Shown here: positions 1-10,099 of the stretch, one piece after another
How the letters are laid out: each line of letters begins with the position of its first letter
How positions within the stretch are numbered: the first letter of the stretch is position 1
NCBI GenBank assembly: GCA_021818715.1
Contig: JAKATN010000003.1
Location: 31,093-95,092, forward strand
Length of the DNA: 64,000 nucleotides
DNA from: Thermoplasmata archaeon
GTDB taxonomy: Archaea; Thermoplasmatota; Thermoplasmata; Thermoplasmatales; Thermoplasmataceae
Reading direction: 5' to 3'
Made by a program: the position numbers and the translations under genes
Notes under the pieces: model-generated
Told to the model about the DNA's origin: nothing
Database searches by the model: none
Seen by the model: only the letters and a program-made list of their open reading frames with translations

Positions 1-158
1 AGTATGTTGCAGAACTTCACCCCTTGTTCGGAGAGTATGACCTGATGGTGAAAATCGATGCAACTGACTTCAGCGAGCTTGGAAAAATTGTAATCGATCA
101 GATCAGGACGATTGACGGAGTGATTGACACGAAGACTTTAACAGGAATTAAATTATGA
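1..158 (+). CDS. Stand-alone Lrp/AsnC-type ligand-binding (RAM) domain protein; C-terminal part only, 5' end lies outside the window
   Basis: Frame 3 reads YVAELHPLFGEYDLMVKIDATDFSELGKIVIDQIRTIDGVIDTKTLTGIKL*. It shares the LFGEYD...KTLTGIK signature with the 77-aa ORF at 44070..44303. Confidence 0.6.
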   Translation, partial: YVAELHPLFGEYDLMVKIDATDFSELGKIVIDQIRTIDGVIDTKTLTGIKL

Positions 159-168
159 GGTAATAAAT

Positions 169-492
169 ATGTCAACAGTGTATCTATGGAACCCTTGGAA
201 TTGGGAAGTCTTTTTTCTCGTAGTGCTGTCGCTAATGGCGATAGCCCTCGTCGTTCTTGGCGCCCTAACCACCTATTTTGGATCGGGCAAGAGCAGAATT
301 GTTGGGGCAGTATTGCTGGTAGTCGGCGTGGTTGTGGGAATCCTGACAATATTTTTGTCGCTTGATATCTTCAAGCCTGACGGTGGACTCATTGAAACCG
401 TAATAATTCCAACTTTCTATTACGCAATTGCAGGGGTTGTTGGCGTTGCCATAGGCCTGCTGGTATTTCTTGCTGCTATCATGAAGACCTGA
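169..492 (+). CDS. Small hydrophobic membrane protein (about 3 TM), unknown function
   Basis: The 107-aa ORF consists almost entirely of hydrophobic helices (LVVLGALTTYFG, GAVLLVVGVVVGILTIFL, AIAGVVGVAIGLLVFLAAI). The overlapping antisense ORFs look like shadows. Confidence 0.5.
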   Translation: MSTVYLWNPWNWEVFFLVVLSLMAIALVVLGALTTYFGSGKSRIVGAVLLVVGVVVGILTIFLSLDIFKPDGGLIETVIIPTFYYAIAGVVGVAIGLLVFLAAIMKT

Positions 493-512
493 TTTTTCAG
501 GATGCATCATAG

Positions 513-1448
513 ATGTTCGACGTCAAGAAATTCATGCAGGACACTGATAAGTACCTTAAGGAGAATCTTAAGGGAACCGGAATTGTTGCATGTTCCGGAG
601 GACTGGACAGTTCACTGCTGGCAGTTCTTTGTTCTCTTTCTGTCAGCGACAGGGTCACGGCAGTGTTCGTGGATACTGGGCTTGTAAGAAAATCTGACGT
701 CACAAACATTAGGGAATTTTTCAGTGCCTATTCGATTAACGGAAAGGTGGTTGACTATTCCGGAAAATTTCTTGAAAAACTTAAAGGGGTTACAGATCCA
801 GAGCAGAAGCGAAAAATAATCGGGAAAACCTTTATTGAGGCATTTGAAGAGATCGCGAAAGAAATTGGCGCAGAATATCTCCTCCAGGGGACCATAGCAC
901 CTGACTGGATTGAAAGCGGTGGAGGAAAGAGAGATACCATAAAGAGCCATCATAATGTTGGCGGACTGCCGGAAAAGATGGATCTCAAGATACTGGAGCC
1001 TCTGCGCGATCTTTACAAGGACGAAGTAAAACTCATATCGGAGACGCTTGGAATGGATACAGCAAGACAGCCGTTCCCCGGACCTGGTCTTGCAGTGCGT
1101 ATCATCGGAGAAATCACCCCGGAAAAGGCTGATCTGCTGAAACGAGTAACAGACGTAGTGGAGGAGGAGGTTTCCAGATCTCCAGACGAGGTTGGGAAAC
1201 CATGGCAATATTTCCCAGTCCTGCTTCCATTCAGGACCACTGGAATTCATGGGGACAAGCGCAGTTACGGACTCACTGTGGGGCTTCGCATCTTCAATTC
1301 AATAGATGGAATGAGCGGTACATTTGCAAGGCCGGACTGGAATTTCCTTGACAGGCTTTCAACGAGAATAACCAATGTGGTGCCTGAAATCAACAGGGTT
1401 CTTTATGATGTAACCAACAAACCCCCGGGAACCATAGAGTGGGAATGA
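513..1448 (+). CDS. guaA: GMP synthase subunit B (ATP pyrophosphatase domain)
   Basis: It has the SGGLDSS PP-loop motif, [10 protein letters not shown], and the characteristic C-terminus PPGTIEWE. The 311-aa size fits the archaeal split enzyme. Confidence 0.9.
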   Translation: MFDVKKFMQDTDKYLKENLKGTGIVACSGGLDSSLLAVLCSLSVSDRVTAVFVDTGLVRKSDVTNIREFFSAYSINGKVVDYSGKFLEKLKGVTDPEQKRKIIGKTFIEAFEEIAKEIGAEYLLQGTIAPDWIESGGGKRDTIKSHHNVGGLPEKMDLKILEPLRDLYKDEVKLISETLGMDTARQPFPGPGLAVRIIGEITPEKADLLKRVTDVVEEEVSRSPDEVGKPWQYFPVLLPFRTTGIHGDKRSYGLTVGLRIFNSIDGMSGTFARPDWNFLDRLSTRITNVVPEINRVLYDVTNKPPGTIEWE

Positions 1449-1474
1449 TAAATTTTTTACACAGATAGCGCTGT

Positions 1475-2464
1475 TTGAATGTGAAAGCCGCAATCCTGTC
1501 TGAACCAAAGGGGATGGATTTTCTGCAGATCAGGGATGTCCAGGTTGAGCCAAAACGAGAAGGGCATCTGAAAATAAAGGTGAAACTTGCTGGACTGAAC
1601 CCTGTCGATGTAAACCTTATGTCTGGGAATATCAGGTATAACATATGGCCAGTTCCGCACATTCCAGGTGTGGAATTGTTTGGGGAGCTCATGGATAACG
1701 GAAAAAAGCTTCACAAGGGGGACAGGGTTATTGTTTTTCCGAGGCTGTTTGACGGAGTCTGCCGGTATTGCCTGACCGGAAATGAGGAGGTTTGCGAAAA
1801 TGGAGGGCTTTTTGGCGTTTCAACTAACGGGGCATACAGGGAGTTTGCAAACGTTGAAGAAAAATACATTTTCAAAGTACCGGATTCTATCTCTGATGAG
1901 ACGGCTGTAAGCCTCCCGGTGGGTGGCCTCACCGCTATGCATGCCCTGAACGTTGCCGGTGCTTCACATGGAAAGAGAGTGCTGGTTTATGGTGCCTCGG
2001 GGAATACCGGAATATTTTCAGTCATGATTTCCAGCCTGATCGGCGCGGACGTCCACGCGGTATCCAGGAAGCCATGGATTGCTGATTTTGGTGCCAGACA
2101 GGTATTTGAACCTGGCAAAATCCCGTCAGGATACCTGTACGATGTGGTGGTCAACCCTCTCGGTTCGCTTGGATTCGAGGAATCCCTTGATCATCTTGAC
2201 AAAAACGGTAAGTTCGTAACCTTCGGTACGCTTGGAGGGAACCGGATAGAGGCCGATATTGGAAAGATATATACCAGACAGCTAGGTATACTGGGCAGCA
2301 CTGGCGGGAGCAGGAGGGAACTATCTGATCTCCTCGTTCTGCTTGCCGGGTATAAGAAGAATATCCCCGTCGAGAAAACATTCTCTCTCGATCAAATCAG
2401 TGATGCGCTAAAGTCATTCCAGGGCAGGAATAATGGAAGAATCATCATAAAGGTGGGTTCATAG
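1475..2464 (+). CDS. Zn-dependent alcohol dehydrogenase / quinone oxidoreductase family (MDR superfamily)
   Basis: It has a GroES-like N-terminus (VKAAIL...GHLKIKVKLAGLNPVD) and a Rossmann motif VLVYGASGNTG. The true start may be the GTG at 1481. Confidence 0.75.
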   Translation: MNVKAAILSEPKGMDFLQIRDVQVEPKREGHLKIKVKLAGLNPVDVNLMSGNIRYNIWPVPHIPGVELFGELMDNGKKLHKGDRVIVFPRLFDGVCRYCLTGNEEVCENGGLFGVSTNGAYREFANVEEKYIFKVPDSISDETAVSLPVGGLTAMHALNVAGASHGKRVLVYGASGNTGIFSVMISSLIGADVHAVSRKPWIADFGARQVFEPGKIPSGYLYDVVVNPLGSLGFEESLDHLDKNGKFVTFGTLGGNRIEADIGKIYTRQLGILGSTGGSRRELSDLLVLLAGYKKNIPVEKTFSLDQISDALKSFQGRNNGRIIIKVGS

Positions 2465-3100
2465 GCTTTTAAGGAGCGCTATCTTCTCCTCTATCACGCC
2501 TGAGAAAATATAAGAACCCGAGACGAGGATGTCGGCCCCGGCATCCGCAGCCATTTTTCCAGTCACATCGTTTATTCCTCCGTCGATTTCCAGTAACGTC
2601 TTAAGTCCATGATCCTTAATGTATTTCCTCGCCTCTACCAGTTTTCCCAGCGATTCCTGTATGAACTTCTGCCCAGAAAATCCTGGATGTACGGACATCA
2701 CGAGAAGTATCTCTGCGTTTTCCAGAAACGGGAAGGACCGTTCTACAGGGGTTTCAGGGTTGACAACAACGCCGTACTTCCCTCCCTCCCCCTGAATGGT
2801 CTTCAGCAATTCGCCCGTTACAATCGGGGACTCCACATGTATCAGAAGGGTGTCCGAGCCTGATTCCATGAATCTCCTGTAATACCTGTCCGGTCGATCT
2901 ATCATTAGGTGGGTTTCAAGCTTCATCCCTGTGTTCTTCCTTATGGCCCTTATGAAATCGAAACCGATCGTGAGGTTGGGAACAAAGTGACCATCCATCA
3001 CATCAAGGTGAAGGGAATATGAGCCCGCAGAATCGCACCTTGCGACCTGATCCTTGAGATTTCCCATATCTGCAGAGATTATTGATGGCGACACTAGCAC
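2459..3100 (-). CDS. rpe: Ribulose-phosphate 3-epimerase
   Basis: Motifs SIISADMGNL, LHLDVMDGHFVPNLTIG, MSVHPGFSGQKF and EIDGGIN are canonical Rpe motifs. Confidence 0.9.
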   Translation of the reverse strand: MLVSPSIISADMGNLKDQVARCDSAGSYSLHLDVMDGHFVPNLTIGFDFIRAIRKNTGMKLETHLMIDRPDRYYRRFMESGSDTLLIHVESPIVTGELLKTIQGEGGKYGVVVNPETPVERSFPFLENAEILLVMSVHPGFSGQKFIQESLGKLVEARKYIKDHGLKTLLEIDGGINDVTGKMAADAGADILVSGSYIFSGVIEEKIALLKSL

Positions 3101-3224
3101 AGACGCCTATGTAAATTCAAGATAAATACTTCCTTCTGAATTCTGGGGCAATACCCATGGCCTGAATGCTTCGACCAGAAATGGAAGGAAAAAAGTTATA
3201 TCGTGGAGTTGGTTCGATTTTGGC

Positions 3225-3734
3225 ATGGGCAGTAAGAGTGGCAACAGGGAGTCGACTATTTCAGGCAAACCGGGAAAGGAGCTTGCTATATCCATAATGG
3301 AAAGGATCAGGAGGGTGATAGAGAGAATGAATGTTGCCAACGATGAGATCATCAAAGTTTCGCGGCTCACCAACATCAGGGAGATAGTGCTCAATATCAA
3401 GGTCGAATATGATAACATAATCAGCATGATAGAGGATACCATTCGGTCTGACAGCATAGACCTTGCCTCTCCAGAGGAGTACATAAAAGGGACGCGGGCC
3501 ATTGATCATCTGCTCCAGAACATCCCTGAACCGGATCCGAACGATCTCAAGAGTGTGCTGCTCAATGCTGTGAAGGAAAACAAGGAATTGCAGCACATTC
3601 TGAGTCTTATGGCAAGCGAGTACAGGGATAGGTCTGTGAGCAGGGTTGTCGGTTCAATCCTGGAACACCTTGACAATGCGAGGAACAAACTTGAAACGCT
3701 TTATGAAGATCTCATAAACAGGGATTACTGGTAA
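3225..3734 (+). CDS. Hypothetical protein, predicted helical
   Basis: The 169-aa ORF has protein-like composition. The competing minus-strand ORF 3107..3502 is low-complexity (S/L/I/M-rich). Confidence 0.4.
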   Translation: MGSKSGNRESTISGKPGKELAISIMERIRRVIERMNVANDEIIKVSRLTNIREIVLNIKVEYDNIISMIEDTIRSDSIDLASPEEYIKGTRAIDHLLQNIPEPDPNDLKSVLLNAVKENKELQHILSLMASEYRDRSVSRVVGSILEHLDNARNKLETLYEDLINRDYW

Positions 3735-3771
3735 AGATACAGTTCAAATTGTAAATGAACATTGAGCCCAG

Positions 3772-5334
3772 ATGAGATCAAAACCGGAAAATCCGGTAAG
3801 AGGTGTTCTGAGAAGCGAGATCAGGGTGCTCTTAAAGCTATATCCGGTTTTTCGCAGGTACGTGAAGGACCGAAAGCGGATCAAGAGGGAAAAAGAACAC
3901 GTTTACGACCCGAGGATAGAGTACAACGGCCTGAGGGCAATGAACGCATTCGTGGAACTCGGCCCCACCTTCATAAAGCTGGGCCAGATGCTTTCTGCCA
4001 GGCCAGATCTCCTTCCGAATGAATATGTTTCATCCTTCCAGAAGCTTCAGGACGATGTCCCTGCAGCAGATTTTGCGCTTGTGAAGCCAATTCTTGAGCG
4101 CAACCTGGGCGAACTTGGGAAGATCTTTGAGGAATTTGATCAGGACGCGGTGTCAGGTGCTTCCCTTGGACAGGTATATACCGCCGTCTACAGGGGAAGG
4201 AAGGTGGCAGTCAAGGTCAATAGGCCATACGTCAAGCAGAGGCTGAAAAAAGACCTGGTTGTTCTGAAGAGGCTGGTAAAACATGCTAAGAACCGGGTGG
4301 ACAACTTCCTTTACATCTCCCTTGAAAACGTGATCAACGACTTCAGTTCAAGGATCTTTGACGAACTTGACTACAGAAAGGAAAAATCCAACATGGAAAA
4401 GATCAGGAAGAATATATCCAGGAGGGAAAACGTGATAATTCCGGAAATTGTGGAAGAACTATCCGGGGAGGAAGTCCTGGTGATGCAGCATGTGGATGGT
4501 GTGAAGATCACCGATGTGAGGAAACTAAGGGAGATGGGATATGATACTGCCAGGCTCGCGTTCTCCCTTGATCTAATGTTCATAAGAATGGTGCTGAAGG
4601 ATGACATCTTCCATGGCGATCCGCATCCCGGCAATATCTCGGTTTCGGCAGACGGGAAACTGATACTGTACGATTTCGGGATGGTCGGCACGCTTGACGA
4701 GAACACCAGGGAGAACCTCATCGCGTTGTATGTCGGTATGATAACATCGGATGCGGACGTGATCATAGATGCCCTTGTTTCCCTCAATGCACTTTCTCCT
4801 GCTGCCAATCGTGGAGTTATACGAAGAAGCATAGAATTGTCAATCGCAAACCTGAGGGGAATTAACCCGGAGGAGAGCGAAATCAGGGAACTCTTCGCGA
4901 TAGCAAATGAAGTGATCTTCGAGTTCCCATTCCGGCTTCCCAGGGCGCTTGTCCTTTACATGAGAATGGCAAGCCTGCTCGAAGGAATATGCAGGGATCT
5001 GGACAGAGATTTCAGGTTCCTCAGGGTGCTGAGGCAGATCCTCTATAATGAAGGGGTCTTGAACAAGTTCTACCGATCTCAACTTATTAAATTCGCTGCC
5101 AAATCGATCATAAGCATAGAGAAGGGACTGGATGCGTTGCCCCTCATCAAACGGGCTCTAGAAGAAAAAGATGCACCATTGAACGGGAAAAGAAGCGTGA
5201 AGGTTGAAATCTCTATATTCCTTGGTTTCGCCCTGCTTTCTCTGGCTTTGTTCTACAGCTATTTTCCATTTTATTCACTCATCCTCATACTCGTAGTTGC
5301 TGTGGCATTTGCTGCAACCGTACTGAAAAAATGA
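3772..5334 (+). CDS. ABC1/UbiB (AarF) atypical kinase family protein with a C-terminal membrane anchor
   Basis: FIKLGQMLSARPDLLPNEYVSSFQKLQDDVP is the ABC1 family signature. It also has a kinase-like VAVKV lysine, HGDPHPGNI, a DFG motif, and a hydrophobic C-terminus. Confidence 0.85.
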   Translation: MRSKPENPVRGVLRSEIRVLLKLYPVFRRYVKDRKRIKREKEHVYDPRIEYNGLRAMNAFVELGPTFIKLGQMLSARPDLLPNEYVSSFQKLQDDVPAADFALVKPILERNLGELGKIFEEFDQDAVSGASLGQVYTAVYRGRKVAVKVNRPYVKQRLKKDLVVLKRLVKHAKNRVDNFLYISLENVINDFSSRIFDELDYRKEKSNMEKIRKNISRRENVIIPEIVEELSGEEVLVMQHVDGVKITDVRKLREMGYDTARLAFSLDLMFIRMVLKDDIFHGDPHPGNISVSADGKLILYDFGMVGTLDENTRENLIALYVGMITSDADVIIDALVSLNALSPAANRGVIRRSIELSIANLRGINPEESEIRELFAIANEVIFEFPFRLPRALVLYMRMASLLEGICRDLDRDFRFLRVLRQILYNEGVLNKFYRSQLIKFAAKSIISIEKGLDALPLIKRALEEKDAPLNGKRSVKVEISIFLGFALLSLALFYSYFPFYSLILILVVAVAFAATVLKK

Positions 5335-5380
5335 TCCGGGGGCAATCAAAAGCGCAGGATTTTTTCCTTTCGCCCAGTAA

Positions 5381-5761
5381 CTATTCCACCTTGACGGCTC
5401 TGAGCCCCTTGGCGGGTATGGTAAGGGTCAGGACACCGTTCTGGTACTTTGCCGTAATTTCAGCGCCCTGATCCACATCATAAGGAAGGCGTATCCTCTT
5501 GCTGATCTTTTCCGGTCTCTGATCAATGAATGTCGTGCCTGCCTCTTCTTTTTTACGGGACGCATTGATCAACACTGCATTATTGTCGAGCCGCACATCA
5601 ATTTCCTTCTTCTCAAATCCAGGCATGTCGGCTTCGATGATAATGTCAGTGCCTGATTCGTACATTGTGATAGGTGGGTATATAAAGCTCAGTATCTCCT
5701 TTCCCCTGTCTCCTATGTTCTTCAGCATTTCCTGGGCATAGAACTTCAGTGGACTGTACAT
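5381..5761 (-). CDS. hsp20: Small heat-shock protein, Hsp20/alpha-crystallin family
   Basis: The alpha-crystallin domain is visible in IIIEADMPGFEKKEIDVRL...RIRLPYDVD...AKYQNGVLTLTIP. Confidence 0.9.
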   Translation of the reverse strand: MYSPLKFYAQEMLKNIGDRGKEILSFIYPPITMYESGTDIIIEADMPGFEKKEIDVRLDNNAVLINASRKKEEAGTTFIDQRPEKISKRIRLPYDVDQGAEITAKYQNGVLTLTIPAKGLRAVKVE

Positions 5762-5809
5762 AGGTGCAGAGACCCTTAAATTATATAAACATTAAGTCAG
5801 CAGTTAAGC

Positions 5810-6847
5810 TCAAATTTCGCTCCCTACCAGAGAGGTCACCAGCTTCAGTGCCCCGTTGAAAGGATCTATGCCGTCCGCCATCATCCTCTTCATTTCCCTG
5901 TTCAGATCACCTTTCGGGGCACTTCTCTCGAGTATTATCCTGCGAAGTTCGTCCTCTATGTATATGCTCATCTCCTTCATAGCATCGCCATCGCCCCTCT
6001 TCCCTTTACCGTGGGACCTGTGCCGCTCTATCTCGTCGAGGAGTGCATCTATGTTCTCCCCATCAAGCGAATTGACGCCTATGACCTTCCTCTTCCATGA
6101 CCCTCCGGGAAGCATGGAAAGTGAGTCCTCAATATCCTTGATGGCAAGAAAGGCACCTTCCCTGTCGATCTTGTTTACGACGAAGATGTCCCCTATCTCC
6201 ATAATTCCCGCCTTGATCGACTGGAGGATGTCTCCAAGTCCCGGGGCATGCAGCACTACAATCGTGTGTGCAATCTTCATGATGTCTATGTCTGCCTGCC
6301 CGGATCCCACGGTTTCCACAATGACACTGTCGAAACCTGCGGCATCCAGTATCCTTATTGTGCTCAAGGCTGCAGACGAAAGCCCGCCCTTGAAACCTCG
6401 CGATGCGAGGCTCCTCATGTATATGGAGTTCCGATTTATCGATTCCTGCATCCTTACCCTGTTCCCGAGCAGGGTGCCTCCAGTGAAGGGACTCGAAGCA
6501 TCCACTGCAATGATGGAAGTCTTCCTCCCCCTTGTGGCGATTTCCGATGCTAGTTTGCCAATCATAGAACTCTTCCCCACCCCTGGCGGGCCGGTGACGC
6601 CTATAATATGTATGTTGCCGGTCCGGTTGTATATTTTCTTCATGATTTCTGAGGAAAACGAAATCTGCGATCTGTCCTCCACTATCGATATGGCTCTGGA
6701 AACGGAGAGAGTGTCGCCCTTCCTGATGCCCTTAACAATGGCGTCGATATCCAATGCCTCACCTGCCGCCCAGTTTCCTGAGTCTGGCTTCCGAAGCACG
6801 TTTAGTGACGTGATCGATGATTGTTGAGAGCGGCGTGCCCGGCCCAT
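5810..6847 (-). CDS. meaB: Methylmalonyl-CoA mutase-associated G-protein chaperone (MeaB/ArgK)
   Basis: It has the P-loop GVTGPPGVGKSS, a NKID (NKxD) motif, and the DTLSVSRAISIVED N-terminal helix. The open frame reaches 6913. The start is ambiguous (ATG 6913, ATG 6847 or GTG 6799) because it overlaps the 3' end of the B12-domain gene. Confidence 0.85.
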   Translation of the reverse strand: MGRARRSQQSSITSLNVLRKPDSGNWAAGEALDIDAIVKGIRKGDTLSVSRAISIVEDRSQISFSSEIMKKIYNRTGNIHIIGVTGPPGVGKSSMIGKLASEIATRGRKTSIIAVDASSPFTGGTLLGNRVRMQESINRNSIYMRSLASRGFKGGLSSAALSTIRILDAAGFDSVIVETVGSGQADIDIMKIAHTIVVLHAPGLGDILQSIKAGIMEIGDIFVVNKIDREGAFLAIKDIEDSLSMLPGGSWKRKVIGVNSLDGENIDALLDEIERHRSHGKGKRGDGDAMKEMSIYIEDELRRIILERSAPKGDLNREMKRMMADGIDPFNGALKLVTSLVGSEI

Positions 6848-7211
6848 AGTTCCCTGAAATTCCCATCTTTTCCAGCTTTGGTTTATCTGAGTCCGGGATG
6901 GTCCCGCCTCCAACTAGGGCTATGTCATCTATTTTCCTTTTTTTGAGAAGATCGGAAATCTTCTTGAATACTGTCAGATGGGCCCCGTTAAGCAGGCTCA
7001 GTGCAATAACGTCCACATCTTCGCTTACTGCAGTATCTATCACTTCTTCCGGGGTCGGCAGCAGGCCTGCATAGAGAACGTCCATTCCGGCATCCCTGAA
7101 TGCTTTGGCAAGGACAAACATCCCGCGATCGTGCCCGTCAATGCCGGGTTTCGCGAGCAATATCTTTATTGGTTTCTCCTTAAACAATGACTGGCTCTTT
7201 CCAACCGCCAA
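6759..7211 (-). CDS. mcmB: Methylmalonyl-CoA mutase, small subunit (cobalamin-binding domain)
   Basis: KILLAKPGIDGHDRGMFVLAKAF contains the DxHxxG B12-binding motif, and GGGTIP is also present. It overlaps the large subunit by 32 nt. Confidence 0.9.
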   Translation of the reverse strand: MAVGKSQSLFKEKPIKILLAKPGIDGHDRGMFVLAKAFRDAGMDVLYAGLLPTPEEVIDTAVSEDVDVIALSLLNGAHLTVFKKISDLLKKRKIDDIALVGGGTIPDSDKPKLEKMGISGNYGPGTPLSTIIDHVTKRASEARLRKLGGR

Positions 7212-8907
7212 AAACCTTCCTCCCCACGTCCGATATCTCCTGCAGAGTACAATAGCTTTCCACAGCCCTAATGAAAAATGGCATCAGGTTTTCCCCGTCG
7301 TTTTCCATGGCTCGCTCAAGATCAGTCAGGGATTGTTCAACCTTTTGGCTGTCCCTGGACGCTAGCACCTGATTCAACCTTGCGATCTGGTTACTCTGGG
7401 CCTTCTTGCTGATCCTGAGGATGTTAATCGGTTGCTCCTCCTTTTCCGCGTATTTATTGACGCCCACCATGGTTTCCTCACCACTTTCAAGCCTTGTCTG
7501 GCGCCTGTACGAGGTTGCCGCTATTTCCTTCTGCAAGTATCCCTTCTTGATTGCCTCAAGGATTCCGCCAAGCCTTTCGATCTGGTCGAAATACCTGTAA
7601 GCTTCCTCTTCCATTTTGTCTGTAAGCCATTCAAGATAATAGGAACCGCCGAGCGGATCTATGGTGTCAGGAATGCCTGTTTCTTCAGCGATAATCTGCT
7701 GTGTCCTCAGGGCCACCTTTACCGCTTCGTCGGATGGAAGCGCCCATGCTTCATCATAAGAATTAGTATGAAGGCTCTGGGTTCCGCCCAGTACTGCAGC
7801 CATGGCCTCGATAGTGGTACGGATTATGTTGTTAAGCGGCTGCTGCCATGTCAGGGTGTAGCCGGATGTCTGAGTGTGAAACCGCATCAGCATCGTTCTG
7901 CTTTTAGTTGCGCCGTATTTTTCCTTCAGCACCGTAGCCCAGATTCTCCGGGCCGCTCTCATTTTAGCAATCTCCTCGAAGAAATTTATTGATGAATTGA
8001 AGAAGAACGAAAGTCGTGGTGCGAATTCATCTGCCGAAAGGCCATTTTTCAGCCCCATGTCTATATAATAGAATCCATCGGCAAGCGTGAAAGCAAGTTC
8101 CTGGACTGCACTGGATCCAGCCTCCCTGATGTGGTATCCAGAAATGCTGATGTAGTTCCAGCGGGGCATCTTCCTGGTGCAGTAAGTCATCATGTCTCTG
8201 ATAATTCTTAGATGCGCCTCCGGCGGGTACATCCACTCCTTCTGTGCAATGTATTCCTTCAGTATGTCAGCCTGTACCGTACCGGCAAGGGTTCGCTCAT
8301 CATATCCGTTCTTTTTGCCCACTGCCACGTACATAGCCGTCAGTACCGCTGCCGGGGCATTGATCGTCATAGAAGTGCTTATTCTGGAAAGATCTATCCC
8401 TTTGAATATTACCTCCATGTCCTTCAGCGTGGTTACATTGACCCCGCATTTCCCAACCTCTCCCTCTGCCCTTGAATTATTGCAGTCAAAGCCATAGAGG
8501 GTAGGCATATCAAAGGCGATGCTCAAGCCGGTTTCTCCATGTTTAATGAGGTATTTCAGCCTCCTGTTGGTATCCTCAGGAGTGCCGAATCCTGAAAACA
8601 TTCTCATTGTCCATGGCCTGCCCAGATACATATTGGGGTAGACTCCCCGGGTGAACGGGTAAGACCCCGGATAACCCAGTCTTTCGCCCAGGTTGCCGCC
8701 GAGATCTTCTTCCGAAAATATCTCCTTGATTTTTATTCCTGACGAATTCTCCTTTTCCGCCAATTTTGATCCGGTCTGATTCAGCCATGGCTGAAGGGTT
8801 TCCTTCCTCCACTTTTCCTGACCGGGTGTGGAAGACGGAAGCCTGCTTTGGATGGACCCGATTTTCTTCGCCCAAAAGGACTCAGGCTGAGATGACATCT
8901 TTCTCAA
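7180..8907 (-). CDS. mcmA: Methylmalonyl-CoA mutase, large (catalytic TIM-barrel) subunit
   Basis: Typical MCM catalytic-domain blocks are present: YPFTRGVYPNMY, RPWTMRMFSGFG, AFDMPTL and HTQTSG. Confidence 0.92.
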   Translation of the reverse strand: MRKMSSQPESFWAKKIGSIQSRLPSSTPGQEKWRKETLQPWLNQTGSKLAEKENSSGIKIKEIFSEEDLGGNLGERLGYPGSYPFTRGVYPNMYLGRPWTMRMFSGFGTPEDTNRRLKYLIKHGETGLSIAFDMPTLYGFDCNNSRAEGEVGKCGVNVTTLKDMEVIFKGIDLSRISTSMTINAPAAVLTAMYVAVGKKNGYDERTLAGTVQADILKEYIAQKEWMYPPEAHLRIIRDMMTYCTRKMPRWNYISISGYHIREAGSSAVQELAFTLADGFYYIDMGLKNGLSADEFAPRLSFFFNSSINFFEEIAKMRAARRIWATVLKEKYGATKSRTMLMRFHTQTSGYTLTWQQPLNNIIRTTIEAMAAVLGGTQSLHTNSYDEAWALPSDEAVKVALRTQQIIAEETGIPDTIDPLGGSYYLEWLTDKMEEEAYRYFDQIERLGGILEAIKKGYLQKEIAATSYRRQTRLESGEETMVGVNKYAEKEEQPINILRISKKAQSNQIARLNQVLASRDSQKVEQSLTDLERAMENDGENLMPFFIRAVESYCTLQEISDVGRKVFGGWKEPVIV

Positions 8908-9002
8908 AGTGATTCTTCTAATAAAAAGGTTTCAAGAAATTCCATCATAGCAGCAGAACACTCGCTTCATCAATATTTTGCGGCAAAAAGGTTCAAAGGT
9001 CC

Positions 9003-9857
9003 TTATCCCACTTCTTGGGAGACATTTTTTCTCTCCGTTTTCCTGTAATGCCTTATAAAGTCGTCCCCGAAGAACTTGCATACCGCATATCCCACCACGG
9101 CAGAAATACCCCTTATCAACTGCCACACGCCAATCTGGTCTCTTTGAAGAATCGTGGAAAACTTGAAGTGCGACCATACATGCTTGTGTTTATACGTCAG
9201 CTGTTTCCTGCCAAATCCGTTCCAGAATGCCTGCTGAACGAATCCTGAAAAAGTCGTGCGTGTCCTGTGGTATATCAGGCAGTCGTCCACGTACCTGATC
9301 TTTCCGCCGTTCATGACCGCACGGATATTCAGGTCAATATCCTCTGCCGTGATGAAATGCGGATCGAATCCGCCTATCTCCTGGAATATGGATTTCCTGT
9401 AACCCAGGTTCACGGATGGAAAAGTGACCTCAAACCCTTCAAAATACAGTTCCACCCTTCCAAGGTGCTCAAAATGTGACATACCCATCTGAATTGTCCG
9501 CCCTGCAACGATGTCGTAGCCGTCAAGAAATGCCTTTCTCATCCTCTGGATCCAGAATGGGTTTGCTAACGCATCCCCGTCGGTGAAGGCCAGGTACTGA
9601 TACTTTGCGCTGGCTACCCCCAGGTTCCGGCCCTCTCCCCTGGAGCATTTCTTTCTGATGTATTTGATGAATCCATACCTTGTCATGTAATTGGAGATAA
9701 TTTTGTCAGTGCCGTCGTTGCTCATTGAGTCGACAATCACAATCTCAATGGGCTCCTCCTGATTCACGAGACTATCAAGCAGTTCGACTATGTGATCTGC
9801 CTCATTGTAAATTGTTACGATTATCGAGATACCCAGAGGCGAGGTAAATTCTTTCAT
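9003..9857 (-). CDS. Family-2 glycosyltransferase
   Basis: ISIIVTIYNE...VIVDSMSNDGT...AFTDGD are the GT-A fold DxD-type motifs. Confidence 0.8.
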   Translation of the reverse strand: MKEFTSPLGISIIVTIYNEADHIVELLDSLVNQEEPIEIVIVDSMSNDGTDKIISNYMTRYGFIKYIRKKCSRGEGRNLGVASAKYQYLAFTDGDALANPFWIQRMRKAFLDGYDIVAGRTIQMGMSHFEHLGRVELYFEGFEVTFPSVNLGYRKSIFQEIGGFDPHFITAEDIDLNIRAVMNGGKIRYVDDCLIYHRTRTTFSGFVQQAFWNGFGRKQLTYKHKHVWSHFKFSTILQRDQIGVWQLIRGISAVVGYAVCKFFGDDFIRHYRKTERKNVSQEVG

Positions 9858-10063
9858 TATCTTACCCAGTCCAGCCTGTCCAGTTTCCTGTCTTTTTTGG
9901 TCTTCCTCTTGAATTCCTTGTAGTGTTCCCTGCAGAGGTGAATCTTTGTCTTTTCCTCCTTCAGCGGGAAAAGATCGCGAACTTTGTCTGCTGACACTGT
10001 CTGAAAACTTTCCTTGTCACACCCCTTCACGCTGCAGATTTTTTCAGGCATTCCGGTTATCAT
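9857..10063 (-). CDS. Small Cys/His (zinc-binding-like) basic protein, unknown function
   Basis: MITGMPEKICSVKGCDKES...IHLCREHYKEFKRKTKK. The longer 102-aa version (to 10165) would run into the 3' end of the RNase P RNA, so an internal ATG (10063 or 10051) is preferred. Confidence 0.4.
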   Translation of the reverse strand: MITGMPEKICSVKGCDKESFQTVSADKVRDLFPLKEEKTKIHLCREHYKEFKRKTKKDRKLDRLDWVR

Positions 10064-10099
10064 ATTGCTGGTGGCGTATATAATTGTTCGTTTGCTGGA

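Noticed and set aside
3107-3502. A 131-aa minus-strand ORF overlapping the 169-aa hypothetical ORF.
   Set aside because: It has strongly biased S/L/I/M low-complexity sequence. The plus-strand frame has normal globular/helical composition and a sensible position before the ABC1 gene.
5856-6827. Long antisense ORFs opposite well-supported genes, for example 5856..6827 (323 aa, opposite meaB). Others are 612..1250, 25246..25842, 47647..48459, 53492..54118, 42552..43004 and 39784..40206.
   Set aside because: They lie entirely within genes with strong family signatures on the other strand. They have Ser/Leu/Pro/Arg-rich low-complexity composition typical of shadow frames in moderately G+C-rich DNA, and they carry no motifs.
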